Assembly: GCF_964204645.1 (NCBI RefSeq)
Contig: NC_134025.1
Span: 24,780,299 to 24,844,298 of the forward strand
Reading direction: 5' to 3'
DNA: 64,000 bases
From: Tubulanus polymorphus
Taxonomy: Eukaryota; Animalia; Nemertea
Positions 51,544-64,000 of the stretch are shown here, one piece after another. The notes under the pieces were generated by a model. The model was given only the letters and a program-made list of their open reading frames with translations. It was not told where the DNA came from and did no database searches. The translations under genes were made by a program, and so were the position numbers. Within the stretch, counting starts at the first letter, position 1, and each line of letters begins with the position of its first letter.

Positions 51544-53471
51544 GGGTGGATCACTTTGACAGGCATTTGACATCCCATTCATTGACAGTTGAGTGCACGT
51601 CATAAGACATTGTCATAAGTAATGTAGGCTCCTCTGATAAACGCCACCTGCTGTAACTACTAATATTAACGAGATGAGTTTTGAAGGATTTTGTAGTGCA
51701 GAATATTTGGTGGGACATCTGGCTCATAGGAACGGTTCTAGATTCGAATCTATGACATTCACTTATTTCGGGGCATAAAGGAACGAAATAGAAAAGAAAC
51801 AATTTATAAGCACAATATTTTCCTTTTATTGAAAATGAGACTTCTTGTTCGACAATCTATCACAAACATATTTAATAAGTACGATAAAACAGCACCTTAA
51901 AATTATTATATAAGTACATACATTAAAACTTTACACAGTACACATGTATATGAGCCAAATTTCTATGCTATGCAGAAAGGCTAGCTTTTCTAACTATAGA
52001 TTATAATTAAGTATTTACATTTTTAGGCAAATTTTGCAATACACTGTGCAATACAAACACTGTGCTCATTGCATCCATCTATGAATGATGTTAAAGGTTA
52101 CCGCTTTAGTACATTAGTTGATTATTTGATCAAAATTTGAAATAAATCAAAAAGTCTTGATATTATCCTAAACAAATTTTAACTAACGGATTCAAATTTG
52201 TCCACATGAATATTTAATTTGATGAATGATTAATGTGTCGCATACACCATCAACAGTCAAATGACTAGATAAAGCTATAATGTGAAGTCATAATTCTTAT
52301 ATAATAATAGAATATTCAGGAATTGTTGCAAAACAATTTACCGGGATACAGAAAACTAATTTGTAGATTTTGTGCGAGTACAACAGGAAAATAATATTAG
52401 TGATAACAAAAATACATAAAGATCTTTACATTTTTATGTATTTTTGGTGATAACCATAGAGGTAACTGCATATAGTCTCAAATCATACTCTATTATAAAC
52501 TCTTAAATATTTTGAAGTGGTAGATTGAATCAATCAATCTTTGCAACTTTGTCATGATTTAGATAATATATAAACAATTATTTCAAATTACGAACAACAG
52601 CATAGTCAAAATTGTTATTTGCTAACAAAATTTAACATTTTCAAGATTACCCCCTTAGAGCACAGCCCAGTAAACTAAGAAAAATGCATAAGACGTTCAT
52701 TGCTATAGGATGTTATAAATAATCAGAATTGAAATTCAATTTTCAAAATAAGCTTTCACTTAAACAAAGAGTAAATAACAAGTATCTTTTACGGGTACTG
52801 AAATTGATAACCCATTGTCACAATGCTTTACATGCTTTACGAATTCAAATGATGTACATGCCTATAAAAAATATATAGATGGTCATTTAATCACATTATT
52901 CGCAACTCGTCCATAGATTATGATAATATCTTCATTATTGATACAGTTATCTAATATGGAAAAACCGTGCTTACATACAGTACAATGCTCACTAATGTTC
53001 AGACATATTCTGATCAGCCATATTTCAGTTAGTTCACAATGTATACCAAATGAAAGTACCGGTATGCAGTGGAAAACATACACATACACGTTTGAAAGAG
53101 GTAAAATTACCTATGTCAATTCAAACTAAGTTGCATAAGGAAGAATAAACATGTAAGTTTGATGTACAGCAGTAATCAAAGTCAATGCAAGCATACACAG
53201 TTACAAAGAATGATGGCACATAATTTAAAAAAATTTGTATTTATTCTCATAATAAAGTGATTGTATAATCTGCTGTAACAGCTTTTCTGAATCATCTCAG
53301 TAGATGTCATTGCTTTAAAATAAAAATAAATAACCTACAAACTCTTTTTTTTCGATGTATGATTGTCTTATCTAAATACACTATATTGTAATGACTTCAT
53401 CAATTGTTGGGTAATAAAAAATGCAACTTGAGAACGAATCAAAAACTTCGAAGATTACGAAAAAGTTTTGT

Positions 53472-56400
53472 TTAACATTCTTCGTCAGTTTGAGGAGGTT
53501 TATCTGACTGAAATTTCGTCACCAACTGCTTGACTAATCCGCGCATATTAGCGAGCGTTTCGGCGTCGAGTTCTTGACTGTCACGATTCGTCCCCGGATC
53601 AGACATCATTCCCGGATCTTCGGACGCATCACTTGAGTGTCCGTCGTATCCACCGCAGTCGCTCATCGCACCACTCGTGAATCGGATTCCATAGTCTCTG
53701 TATTTCGCTCTGCTTAACCGAGGACTACCAGACAGCGTTGATTGGCTACTCTTTTCTAAAGACTTCAACCTTTCAGCTATCATCGATCCCCTTTCTCTGC
53801 GCAGCGTTCCCGATTTCTCACAAACGGGCAAAGGCGGCTTGGCCGTGTTTACCTTAGTTGTATAATTTCGTTGCTCGATCATTCTTACGGTGTCGCGTAT
53901 CGTTATGCCCTGATACTTTCCCACTACCTGACCATTGCTACATCCGGCGTCGTGAGGACTGAAATCTGGGTCATCATCATGGCGACTCATTTCGTCGCCA
54001 GCATCTGAACCGCTAGAATTATGACATGCCAGATTCTGCAATCCTTTTATGTACTCTTCTCCAGTTTCCTTACACGAATCAACATCCGAATAAGAGTTGG
54101 ATGATTCAGCATTTTTGCAAGACATTTCCGCTATTCTTTCACAGGTCAATTCAACGCAAGAAGCTAATGGGGAGTTATTAGCATACGATCTTTGCGGTCT
54201 AGGTGGCCGCTGACGTGTCAGTGATGTTGAACCCAGTTCAATTGGTTTGGACTTTTTCGAATCTTTATTCATCATCGAATTTATATGTTTTGTTAATGCA
54301 TCTTTTGGTAGAACTTTGTCCTTTTTTATTCGACTGCTATAAGAGCGTGCTAATTGAAATACAAATTTTCGTTGTTGTTCGGAAGTTTCTTCTTCATTTG
54401 GTTCAACTATTGGTCCATCAGTATCTGTACAGTCAGATATACCAGCGACATTTGGCTCCTCAGCGCTGGTCAAACTATCGGAGTTGACCTTATCTAGTTC
54501 TTCAGTCGACTTATTATCAGAACGTTTGTGAAATTGACTAGGTGGATTTGATGACTTGCGAGAAATTTTAGTTTTAATGTTCGTGACCGCGTGTTTAAGA
54601 GTGCCCATTAAATTCTCGGTAGATGGCAAATGACTAGGACTGCTAACATCACTGGATGGAGTTGATACAGCACTCGATGTTGTTACGCAATCTGATTCAC
54701 CCGGCTGAATGTCAACAGGAAATTTTGGAAGTAACGGCGGCGTATCCGGAGTGTTCGCTATATATTCTTCTAAATCGTTCCACAGTTCGCTTTTCGTTTT
54801 AGGCACTGATTTATTATCATTGTCATTCCTCCACGACAGACTAAACGGTGACGTTTTACTGAGTCTCAAACCGATGTGTGGTTTATGTATAGGACTAGAC
54901 TGGGCACTGAGCACCATTCGGTCAGTAAGTTTAGCACTGGGAACCGGTAAATCTTCCGATAAACTTTCCGATCGCGAAGACGACAAAGATTCGCAAATGT
55001 GGTCGTCGGAGAAACTAGCATTAATGTTACCAACATCTAACCTGTCTTTAGAAGACGTTAACATATTATACAACACATCACGAGGAGAAGTTGGTGAATG
55101 AACTCCTAGTTGTTTTTTCGGATGATTTTCACCGTATTTTCCCGATAAAGATTCGCGACTATGATTCAACGAACCTCGTCCAAACAGTTCGGCTAATCCA
55201 CTGAGCGAAGTAATCGAGTTTTTACGTCGCGGTTTCGCCGGTTTGCTTTCCTGTTCGCTCGAATCACGTTTACCGGAAAATGAATGTGAGCGATTAACAC
55301 TTTGTTTTGTCGGGGATTTCAGGTCGCTGTTCGGTGACGATTTATTGTTTATTCGCATACTTCCTATTTTTAACCATGGTAGATCTTTTTCATCAAAACT
55401 AACCGATCGCCGACAACCGGGTTTAAACTTATCGTCATCTGTATCCAACGGATCAGTGTCCTCTGTGTCTGCACGCTTGCCTTTGCTCAAAATTTGCATC
55501 ATATGTTCGCGATAAGCAGCACCAAACAACAGATTGTCGTAAATTCCGCAGGGATTCGTATTTTTCGGAAGAGTTAATGACTTGCATTCTTCCTCCAACA
55601 ACGCGAAGCCATCCTCATCATTTTCATCGTCATCATCATCGATATCACTGTAAGAAATGTCTTTTGATTCGAACTGATCAACAGCATCACCATACTGACC
55701 ATTAGTGCGAGTTTTATTATACGAAGGCAGTGAACTCGAACTACAATGCTCCCGTAATATTTCACGGGCTTCGCTCAGATCGATATAATCGCCGAGATTT
55801 TCTTCCGATTTCGCGCCGCTCTTTTTCGATCGCGCGAACTGAACGTTTAAATACAACGATTCGTCGTCGGAATCCGGCGGATTCACTAGTTCGCAATGGC
55901 CATCTTTATAAGCCAGCGTTACGTAGTCATCGTCGAAGCGCTGCTTCGATTGATTCGAATTCGATGAGTTTTCAGTATTATCATCGGAATCTAAGTCCAT
56001 GCTCTCCGATGAACTGTGGTGTTGCTGATCGCGTTTCGGCATCGAGCGATGCTTCGTACGAGATTTTCGATCGGCGATTGATTTCGAGTCGACGCGATTC
56101 AGTTCTGTCGCGATTCGAAAACTCTCGCGTCTGGCGAATTGAGCCAAACGTCTTTTCAGAGTACTGTACATTCCATTTTCAGCTGTGTCTTCATTTTCAG
56201 CTCGTGCTGGAAGATTACAGGCTTCGTAGACGGTTTCATTATCCATTTCTTTCAAAGTTTCAATTTGGTCTTCGTTTTCCTCCTCTTCCTGATGTTTTTC
56301 CATGAGATTCGTGAGTTCACCGCCATAATCGACGCTACGACTTCGAGGGCGGGGCTGACGAACTTTCCTAGTACGGCCTGGAGTTCCATTGCTTAGTTCC

Positions 56401-59400
56401 TGCAATAATAAAATAAATTTATTTTAATCAGAAAATAAAAATTACGAATTCATACTTTAAACCCAACATAACTGCATGCAAACTGAAGAGGTTTTTTCCA
56501 CGAAATTCGATTCATTTCAACCGGTGAAAAGGTTTTTCACATCATATTAAACTTATTCTTTCGTCAAAATGATCAAATGAAACGAGTACAACCGAGAACA
56601 ATGTGGAATTGGTGAAAGCCAAGCAAGTGTACATGCACATACCCTAACAAATTCGCCATTAGAAAGTTTCACTTGGATATCTCCAGTGCTAAGTTTCCGA
56701 CGTATTGGTGGTGACTGAAACAATGAGAATGATGTGACAGCATGCTTTACACATAATGGTACAAAAACAACTTTACTCGAACCACACAAAATGATGAAAA
56801 CATATTCGAGGGGTTACAATTTACGGGGAACTACCCATCAAACTTAACAACAGTGACAAAATTTGTAGTAAATCATCGAGTGAAATATACTAAATCAGTT
56901 TCCACTCAGGACGAGGTAAATATGGAGAAAATATAAATGGCTCTCAGAGCCTATAAAGGAAAATGTGCATGTGCAAGCTGCTTTCAGACTTGCGAAGCGA
57001 AAAAATTAATTGATTGGAATAGAACGTTCCAATTACTAATGATTGTACTTCAGATGGTGGTTGTAGTAAAAACTGAATGTGGGTTAAGTAGATAAGTGTA
57101 CTTGGAGAGAAAAATTATGTTAACTTGTTATTTTTCTTAATATGGCTGATAGAATTAATGAGTCACAATTAGAAAAATAACATTAAGTGTATTACTCGGA
57201 CATGCTTTTAACAAAAATCAAGTTCGATGACTTTTAAAGTCAAAACTTAGATGTTGCTTTGAGAACGTGCATGAAATTCAATTAATGAACGGATATAAAA
57301 TACCACCAAATTTGAGTTCTTATTTCAGTGCTTAATGCAGAAATTTAGAAGGCTGGATTACTAACGATTAAATGGTACCTTCAGCAAATATGAGCAAAAA
57401 TAGAATGGCAACTGCAATTCATAAGATATACAAATTGAAAAAATCTCAAATATTCCAACTGCTTTCATTTTTATACAATCGAATCTCTCAGATAAAAGTT
57501 AACTACCGGTATAATATAATTGAATACTGTGCATATGGCTATAATATGATCGCGTTTCCCACAGTAAACATCAAGCACACTTCAAAATTACGATCTACAG
57601 GATGAATAAGCTACGTGATACTCTTATGAATGAGAATGAATTACAAGGTACAGGTTCACAGGTGCAAGCATATTGACGAAGGGGAAAAAAATACTTACAG
57701 CTTTTGGACTTGAAAAAACATCGGACTGAAAGGGAACAGGTATTGAAGATAAACAGAATGTATAAGATTTAAACGTATGATGATCAACTGATGCTTATCG
57801 TAAAAGACTTACCTTCCTGTTTAGCACCTTCTTCGTTCGTTGCGATCGTAAAATATGAAAATCTGGAAGCAAGGAGAAACAGAATTGAAAATTCTATAAT
57901 GGAAAATGTGGGTGCAAATCCTTTATAAAAGCTTACCTGGAATGAATGTACCCGACTTTCTCCTGCCTTTGCGTTTGTCTAAATATTCAGGCGCGTTGTG
58001 TTGCCTGTGTTTAGATGGATCAATATTCTCCATGTTTCGGTTATCTAAAACGAACAAGCAACATTCATTTCAAAGAAGCTTAGCAATAAGATTATATTCT
58101 CCACAACGACTACTGGATGAAATGGAAATATTTTTTACGAACCTCCATCTATGTCACCCAACATCATGACTAACTTCTTTGCCTTGTCAGGTATGATTGC
58201 GTTGTAATTTTCAAGTATAAGACGTTTAATTTCTTGACACCAGCGACGTTTCTGGTCTAGCGTCTTAGCTTGTAGCGTATACTGGTTTTTAGGATTATTA
58301 AATGGAATGACATGGAAGCTCAAGGGTTCTTTTGGAATGCTTTCGATCAACATAAGATTTGAACACTGAAAAAAGAAGAAAGTGATACAATACTACTTTC
58401 AGTTTTAAAAGTGCCTAGCACTGCCCTTTTACTACTGCTGTAAATGGATAGACCAGATTATGAAAGCATCGGCCAAGAAACTACTATGATTCAAACCCAT
58501 GAATCTTGGTGACATTAATGAAAATTGATGGCTCAAACCAATGCCTTTCACTCAGTACAAGTTGATGACACTTCTATCATGAATCCATTCTTTTTCAAGT
58601 GGCAGGTGGCAAAACATAGTGAAACCCACCATACATACGGTATGAATATTCAACGAGCCACAGATCGACGCGTGAAGTTTCATTAGAAAAATCTTGAAAA
58701 CTAGCTAGCAAACAATACAGAACAAAGCACCAGCAAATTAATTACTTTCAACTGCAATGACTCATGTACCGCACAATTATCTGGGGGCGACATGTTTGGG
58801 TGCAAATAGAACATGTAGTAGTAGACAGCCAATAGCGATAAGAAAGTCAGTCAAACATCTTCACGTTCGAATCTATCTATACCCTGATTTACTGTAATGG
58901 AGAAAATTCTCTAAGTATAAAAAATCTCCGACAAGCATCAATACATACATTAAAAGTACGATGATTTAGGAGCAAAGTTTATTTACGGTTATGTGTTTTC
59001 ATTTTTTTCCGGCGTACAAGTTTACAAGAGCGCTGAAGCGACGCATTCTATTTTAGGAACTTAGAGCGGAAGATATTGCTAAGTAGCTATTTATACATTT
59101 AGAGAGAGAGAGAGAGATCGGTGAAGATATCGAACAAACAGTTTTTTGAAGTCTCAAGTGAGAGAAAGAAGAATAGGAAATCATGTTCATTAATCATTAA
59201 TTTCAGAGCCTTCTTTGACAAACATTTTTTTATTTTCACAACACTGAAGCGATATCAATAACTAGAGTTTTAAAACGGTCAGTACAGGTAGTAATGTTAC
59301 AAAAACTGCCAAGATCGAGCAAATATATTCATGAATGTTTCGATAGCTCAGCACTTTATGACTGTTAATAGTCGATTATCAGTGTTAAAACTGTAAGAAA

Positions 59401-62400
59401 AGCTGCAAAACCCACATCGATGAAGTGTTCAGGTTTCTGAATGAAGATTTCATCAATCGCCAGGTGAGAAGATAACAGAACGTTATACTAGTCCATCAAA
59501 TTTATCCACTCTTACAGAATCTTACTGATATATCTGAGAGGGAGTCAGCCTGAGTATTTTGAAACATCTACTACTAACTGCACTGGTGAAGGGGTGATGA
59601 TTCATTATGCAACGTTACAGATAGTGCTTATGTCATGCACGCGCCATAAGTTAGAAAACTGATACGCTTTTTTTTAAGGGCCTGATCATCTGAAGTGTTT
59701 GATTTTTTTTTATTGAACAACTGTGCGGTGTTCAAACCTGAGGCAAGACTGATAGTTCAAAGGTATATGGTTCACCAGAGGGTTGGTGTGGTTATGTAAT
59801 CTGTAAAAACAGCTGTGGCAGTTCAGTACTACAAATACAGTTTATCGGAAAAATAAATATTTCCAAGTTTCACATGTATGCAGCAGTTGAGTAGGTCAAT
59901 GTAGTCCAAGTAGTGCATAAATTGTTTTTTTCTTGTAAAATGTTATATACAAGGATGTAAAAACTGAGAAATGGCTTCCTTATTGACTTTACTTGTTGGA
60001 GTTCATAACAGTTCTTTGAAAGGTTCTGTATCGCCTAATGCAAGGCCATGTTCAAAAGAAGAACTCAAGGGGTTCCGTAATATCTAATCATTCCAACGAT
60101 CAACTTCTTCAGGGTAAAAAAACAAACAATAAATACACTTAAATCCCTTTCGATAAAAGATATTAAGGACGTTTCAAAAATACCTACCATAATGCAAGCC
60201 TTACAGCTCAACGATCCATCTTCTTTCCTTTTTGTGATAAGCAGAGTTTTCTCAAATAGAAACAGGTGGCGATAAGCTTTGGCTCCGTACATTCGGAATG
60301 TATCCTGTAACATGGGAACAATTAACCATGTTATCGATGATAGACCAAACAGTGACAGTGATACCTTCAAGGATATGCCTTAGCGAAATTGGCAATAACC
60401 GGAGCACTAAAAGAAATATCGCTTGCTTGGGTGGTGGTTAACATTTTTTCTTCGTAACAAGAGAGTGCAGTTTTTATCTATGGTCAAACAGCAGCTACTT
60501 TCGATCAGTGAAGCATGCTTTTTAGAGCACTTAAATGTATTCATAACTCTTAACTAATTACGGCACATATGCAGACAAGTAGACTTCATACTGCACCTAA
60601 ACAAACGTTTTATAGAGGCGGCCCTGCTTTGCGATTAAACATACTGGTATTTCATATCGGTTTCATTCGAAGTGTGATCAATTACGGATTGAATAAACAA
60701 AATATTTGGCGTTAACTGATCGCTCGAAAAATTTACTACGGAAAATTTCCACTTGATGTATGAAGAACGAATGAATGAGTCAGGTAACAACAACACAGGG
60801 AATCATATCTGATAGAAATTATCAAGAAATGCTATCAACTAGAAAGGGTATGGCAGGTATGGGGTTTCTTTTGTTCGAGATTGCTGGTAAAGGATAAAAT
60901 CCTTGGTTAACAGTTACCAAAAGGGTATCATAAATTTCAGATATTATCAAGGAACCTTATCGTCTAGATGGGGTATTTCTTGTTATTGGTGAATGAATGA
61001 ATCTGTACCTCAGCTAATAGTTCCCCGTAGGTGGTTAAATCCTCTCCCTGCCATTGATAAAGAATACTTTGAATTTCTTGAATTCGCACGGCGTGCTCAT
61101 GTTTACGTTTCATTTCATTTATATGCCGAGCCATGTTCGTCATGCCCGACAAAGCTTCGCTGATCGTTTCGTATCCGTCCATACTTTCATCTACATTGTT
61201 CAGCATATTCTAGAGAGCGAGAGAAAGAAAAAAAATTACAGACGAAAAACATCAGAGCGAATTCTTTTCAAACAATATCTCATCATGCCGTCGTGTTATT
61301 CGATATCTTTTTGATCCCGTATGGGAGGATAGAGTTAGCAGATAACATTGATCTTTGCGCGCATTCATTCATAAATATACATTAAGAATTTTTTTAATCT
61401 ATTTTCGGCGACCATCCTATATTTCCAGCACGCCTCAATTTTATGTATTTTTATGTACGCAGTTATTGCTGTATGATGAATATAGATGGTGTGCATATCC
61501 TGCAGCTATTGAACGAAGAAACATCGATAAAAGTGCAATCAATGTTTGATATCATATAGCTTATATACGAATAATTGTCGAAGTAACTGCGGTAATGCGT
61601 AGGCAATATTTGGAATAACATTTGCAGTTCGTATAAAAGTCAATAGATTGTGTAACAAACGTCAACCCTTTAGACAATTATATGATAAACGATCAAATCT
61701 CGAAGAGACAAAATGACAAATTTATGTCGCGATAGAAAATCGATGGCGATATGAATCAAATAAGCGCGAAACGAGACAGGTCTTGAAAAAAATCGAGATG
61801 TGTATATCCTACGGTGGGTAGTTCAGTCTTAAAGCATACCTGCAGCAATAAATGGTATTTAAGAATACGCTGAACAGGTTTTAGGAGGTATGAGCCGAGT
61901 GGAAGAGCGTGGCTCAGAGCTATTTGTCGTTGTTTAAAAGCGTCACCGATCTCCGGCTGTCTCATGCAAGTCGTCAACATCGCCATAGACCTGGAAAAAA
62001 CATAGATCAAGAATCAGTAAATTTACAAATATCTGAATTGTTGATCATCTGAATTCTGCAATCAGTATAAACAAATCAATGCTTTTTCCATAGATCAGTA
62101 TAAAATGTGTGGTATATCATGTTGAATGTGTGGGGGGTGAATGATGGCGTGAAATCAAATACTTTGAACATTAATAGTATCGCCTCCACTGTATTAATCA
62201 ATGAATGTACCACCAATGCGCATACATTTGTACACTTTAAAACCGGTCAATTGACTTCATTGATTTCTACAATCGATAAACAAGATCAGCAGCGGGCTGA
62301 AACATTCCTCTAACTCGTGTTTTTCCGTGTATTTACACCACACTGAGTTCGAGATGAATATTTCATCTAATTAAAAGCATAGCTGTTCTGGCTGATAATA

Positions 62401-63224
62401 CATACATCGGATAATTCGTACAGTAGTCGGCGTAAATTGAGAAGCCATTTTGATGATCGACGAAACAATTAGCCACCTTGACCGGGTCAATTTCGCATAG
62501 CTCCAAATTCTCCAGAAATCCACTGCAAATAGAAACGAATATCAGAACCTAGTACTGTAGGGAATAAAAATCGAAGCGTTCATCGAGCAATTCAAATATC
62601 TTTTACCTGTTAAAGTTATGCAATTCTCTTATGTTTCCGAATAATTCCTGTAAGGTTTCGGCCGGGAACAGGTCGTTCCCAGACTCCGTGAAAAAATTCA
62701 AATATCCCTGAAAAATATGTAGACATCTGACTATCGGTATTCCTTTCTGCAGCAGTAAGTACTACAGTCTAGTTATCGGGTGCCTTCTATCGATCACAAA
62801 ATTCGTTTAATTCTCCTCCACCGACTGCATCAGTTATTAAGAATAGAGAATAAAGGGAGGATATTTTGCTGTGCGCATTTTTCTGTTTGCACTAATGGTT
62901 GGAAGTCATTCCCGGATCTGCAACCGGACTGAAACTAAAAATCAATGATTATAAATTCAATTACTTCGATTATTTCTTGTAAATCTCTGACGTAGGTGCG
63001 TTCAGTGTCCAGCACTTCAGCGACCACTCGGTCCATGATACTCTGCGTTGATTCGGAGTTTTCGAGTTTCTGCGGCGAGACGAGTATCGAATCGGATTCG
63101 TCGAGTAGCGCCGCATCTTCATTTTGTCCTTCGAGTAAATCATCGTCGGATTGCATGTCCTCGAAAGATTCGCAATCTTTCCGTTCAAACGGAGGCGACA
63201 GTTGACATCTGGAACTGGGATCAC
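53472..63224 (-). CDS. PLEKHG1: Pleckstrin homology and RhoGEF domain-containing protein, PLEKHG1/2/3 family (5' end outside the window)
   Basis: DH domain: [90 protein letters not shown] domain: [37 protein letters not shown]. Terminal 2.9-kb exon 56399-53472. The symbol denotes the family, since an invertebrate gene is probably co-orthologous to PLEKHG1/2/3. Confidence 0.9.
59101..59117. repeat. (AG)n microsatellite
   Basis: agagagagagagagaga seen directly. Confidence 0.85.
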
Positions 63225-64000
63225 CTGAAAATAATCATCACAGTTATTACGACACCCAGCTATTGATATTTGATGTAGGTTCCCTTCCATTAGATAAGTG
63301 TGTCATATTTACACGATAGTATTGCATTAATGCATATATTCCCTCCTATAAATTTTGACTTTGGCCTTATGTACATGATTCATGTGCAAAGTGTTCCATA
63401 CATATTGTCCAGGTATAATAACTTTGATGGGATAGATCTCCAGGATGGTTTTAATCATAAGATAATGCAGCAAAGTGATAATAATGCTAAATGGGCATTT
63501 TCCCTATCAAATTCACACCTGAGTAATGAATGGTGGCCACCCTAACTAGAGACAGCCAACTGATTAGGTACAGATGGAATATATGTGGACTTTCCAGGGG
63601 GTGATGGTGACAATAAGGTTATGGGTACCTAACGTAGAAACCATATATCTGAGTAATAGCTGATGTTAGCTTGTTGGTGATATGATGATATTGCTTGGAG
63701 TGATTTACCACTTGGAGTAATCATTCAGATGATAACTCCAAGGTTGACGTTTAAGTGGAAAAAGGCACTAATGAATGATTAGGGAGTCCATACTCCTCTA
63801 TATTCACCCATAATAGTAACAAGTTTGGTATAACCATGGACCCTTAGAGTCCACGGTATAACACATCTGATATGACAACCAGGCAACTTCTTTTTTCAGA
63901 AGCAGCTGGATGTGTGTTCTTTTACACTTTACAAGTGTTTCAAAAGAAAACAGAAACAGTTGAAAACAAACCCGCAGTAGTGTTTGTAAGTGGGTCAGCT

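Noticed and set aside
54203-56396. Several + strand ORFs of 85-191 aa
   Set aside because: Antisense shadows of the long PLEKHG terminal exon.
1-64000. CRISPR arrays, prokaryotic operons, rRNA/tRNA genes, autonomous transposase or RT ORFs
   Set aside because: The sequence is spliceosomal-intron-rich eukaryotic DNA; no repeat-spacer array, cloverleaf or transposase/RT motifs were seen.

Overview
Compact, AT-rich animal (marine invertebrate-like, probably lophotrochozoan) nuclear DNA with many short GT-AG introns, so most of the ORF track is exon fragments or noise. Hand-splicing gives six genes: DTD1 (-, 992-2719); a small signal-peptide, two-Ig-domain, probably GPI-anchored protein (-, 2930-5220); CFAP70/TTC18 (+, 6710-15966); PPP4R4 (-, about 18220-47856, with very large 5' introns); PRORP/MRPP3 (-, 48517-50862); and a 5'-truncated PLEKHG1/2/3-type DH-PH RhoGEF (-, 53472 to beyond 63224). 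The most notable extras are a pair of related structured GC-rich segments with H/ACA-like features (5620-5936), a set of phase-0 microexons surrounded by TGCATG motifs in CFAP70, several phase-compatible candidate alternative first exons in PPP4R4 introns, a hammerhead-like motif, foldback/MITE elements, and over-represented TA-N4-TA palindromic octamers. All calls are by eye and from recalled protein motifs; no searches were run, and exon boundaries may be off by a few bases.
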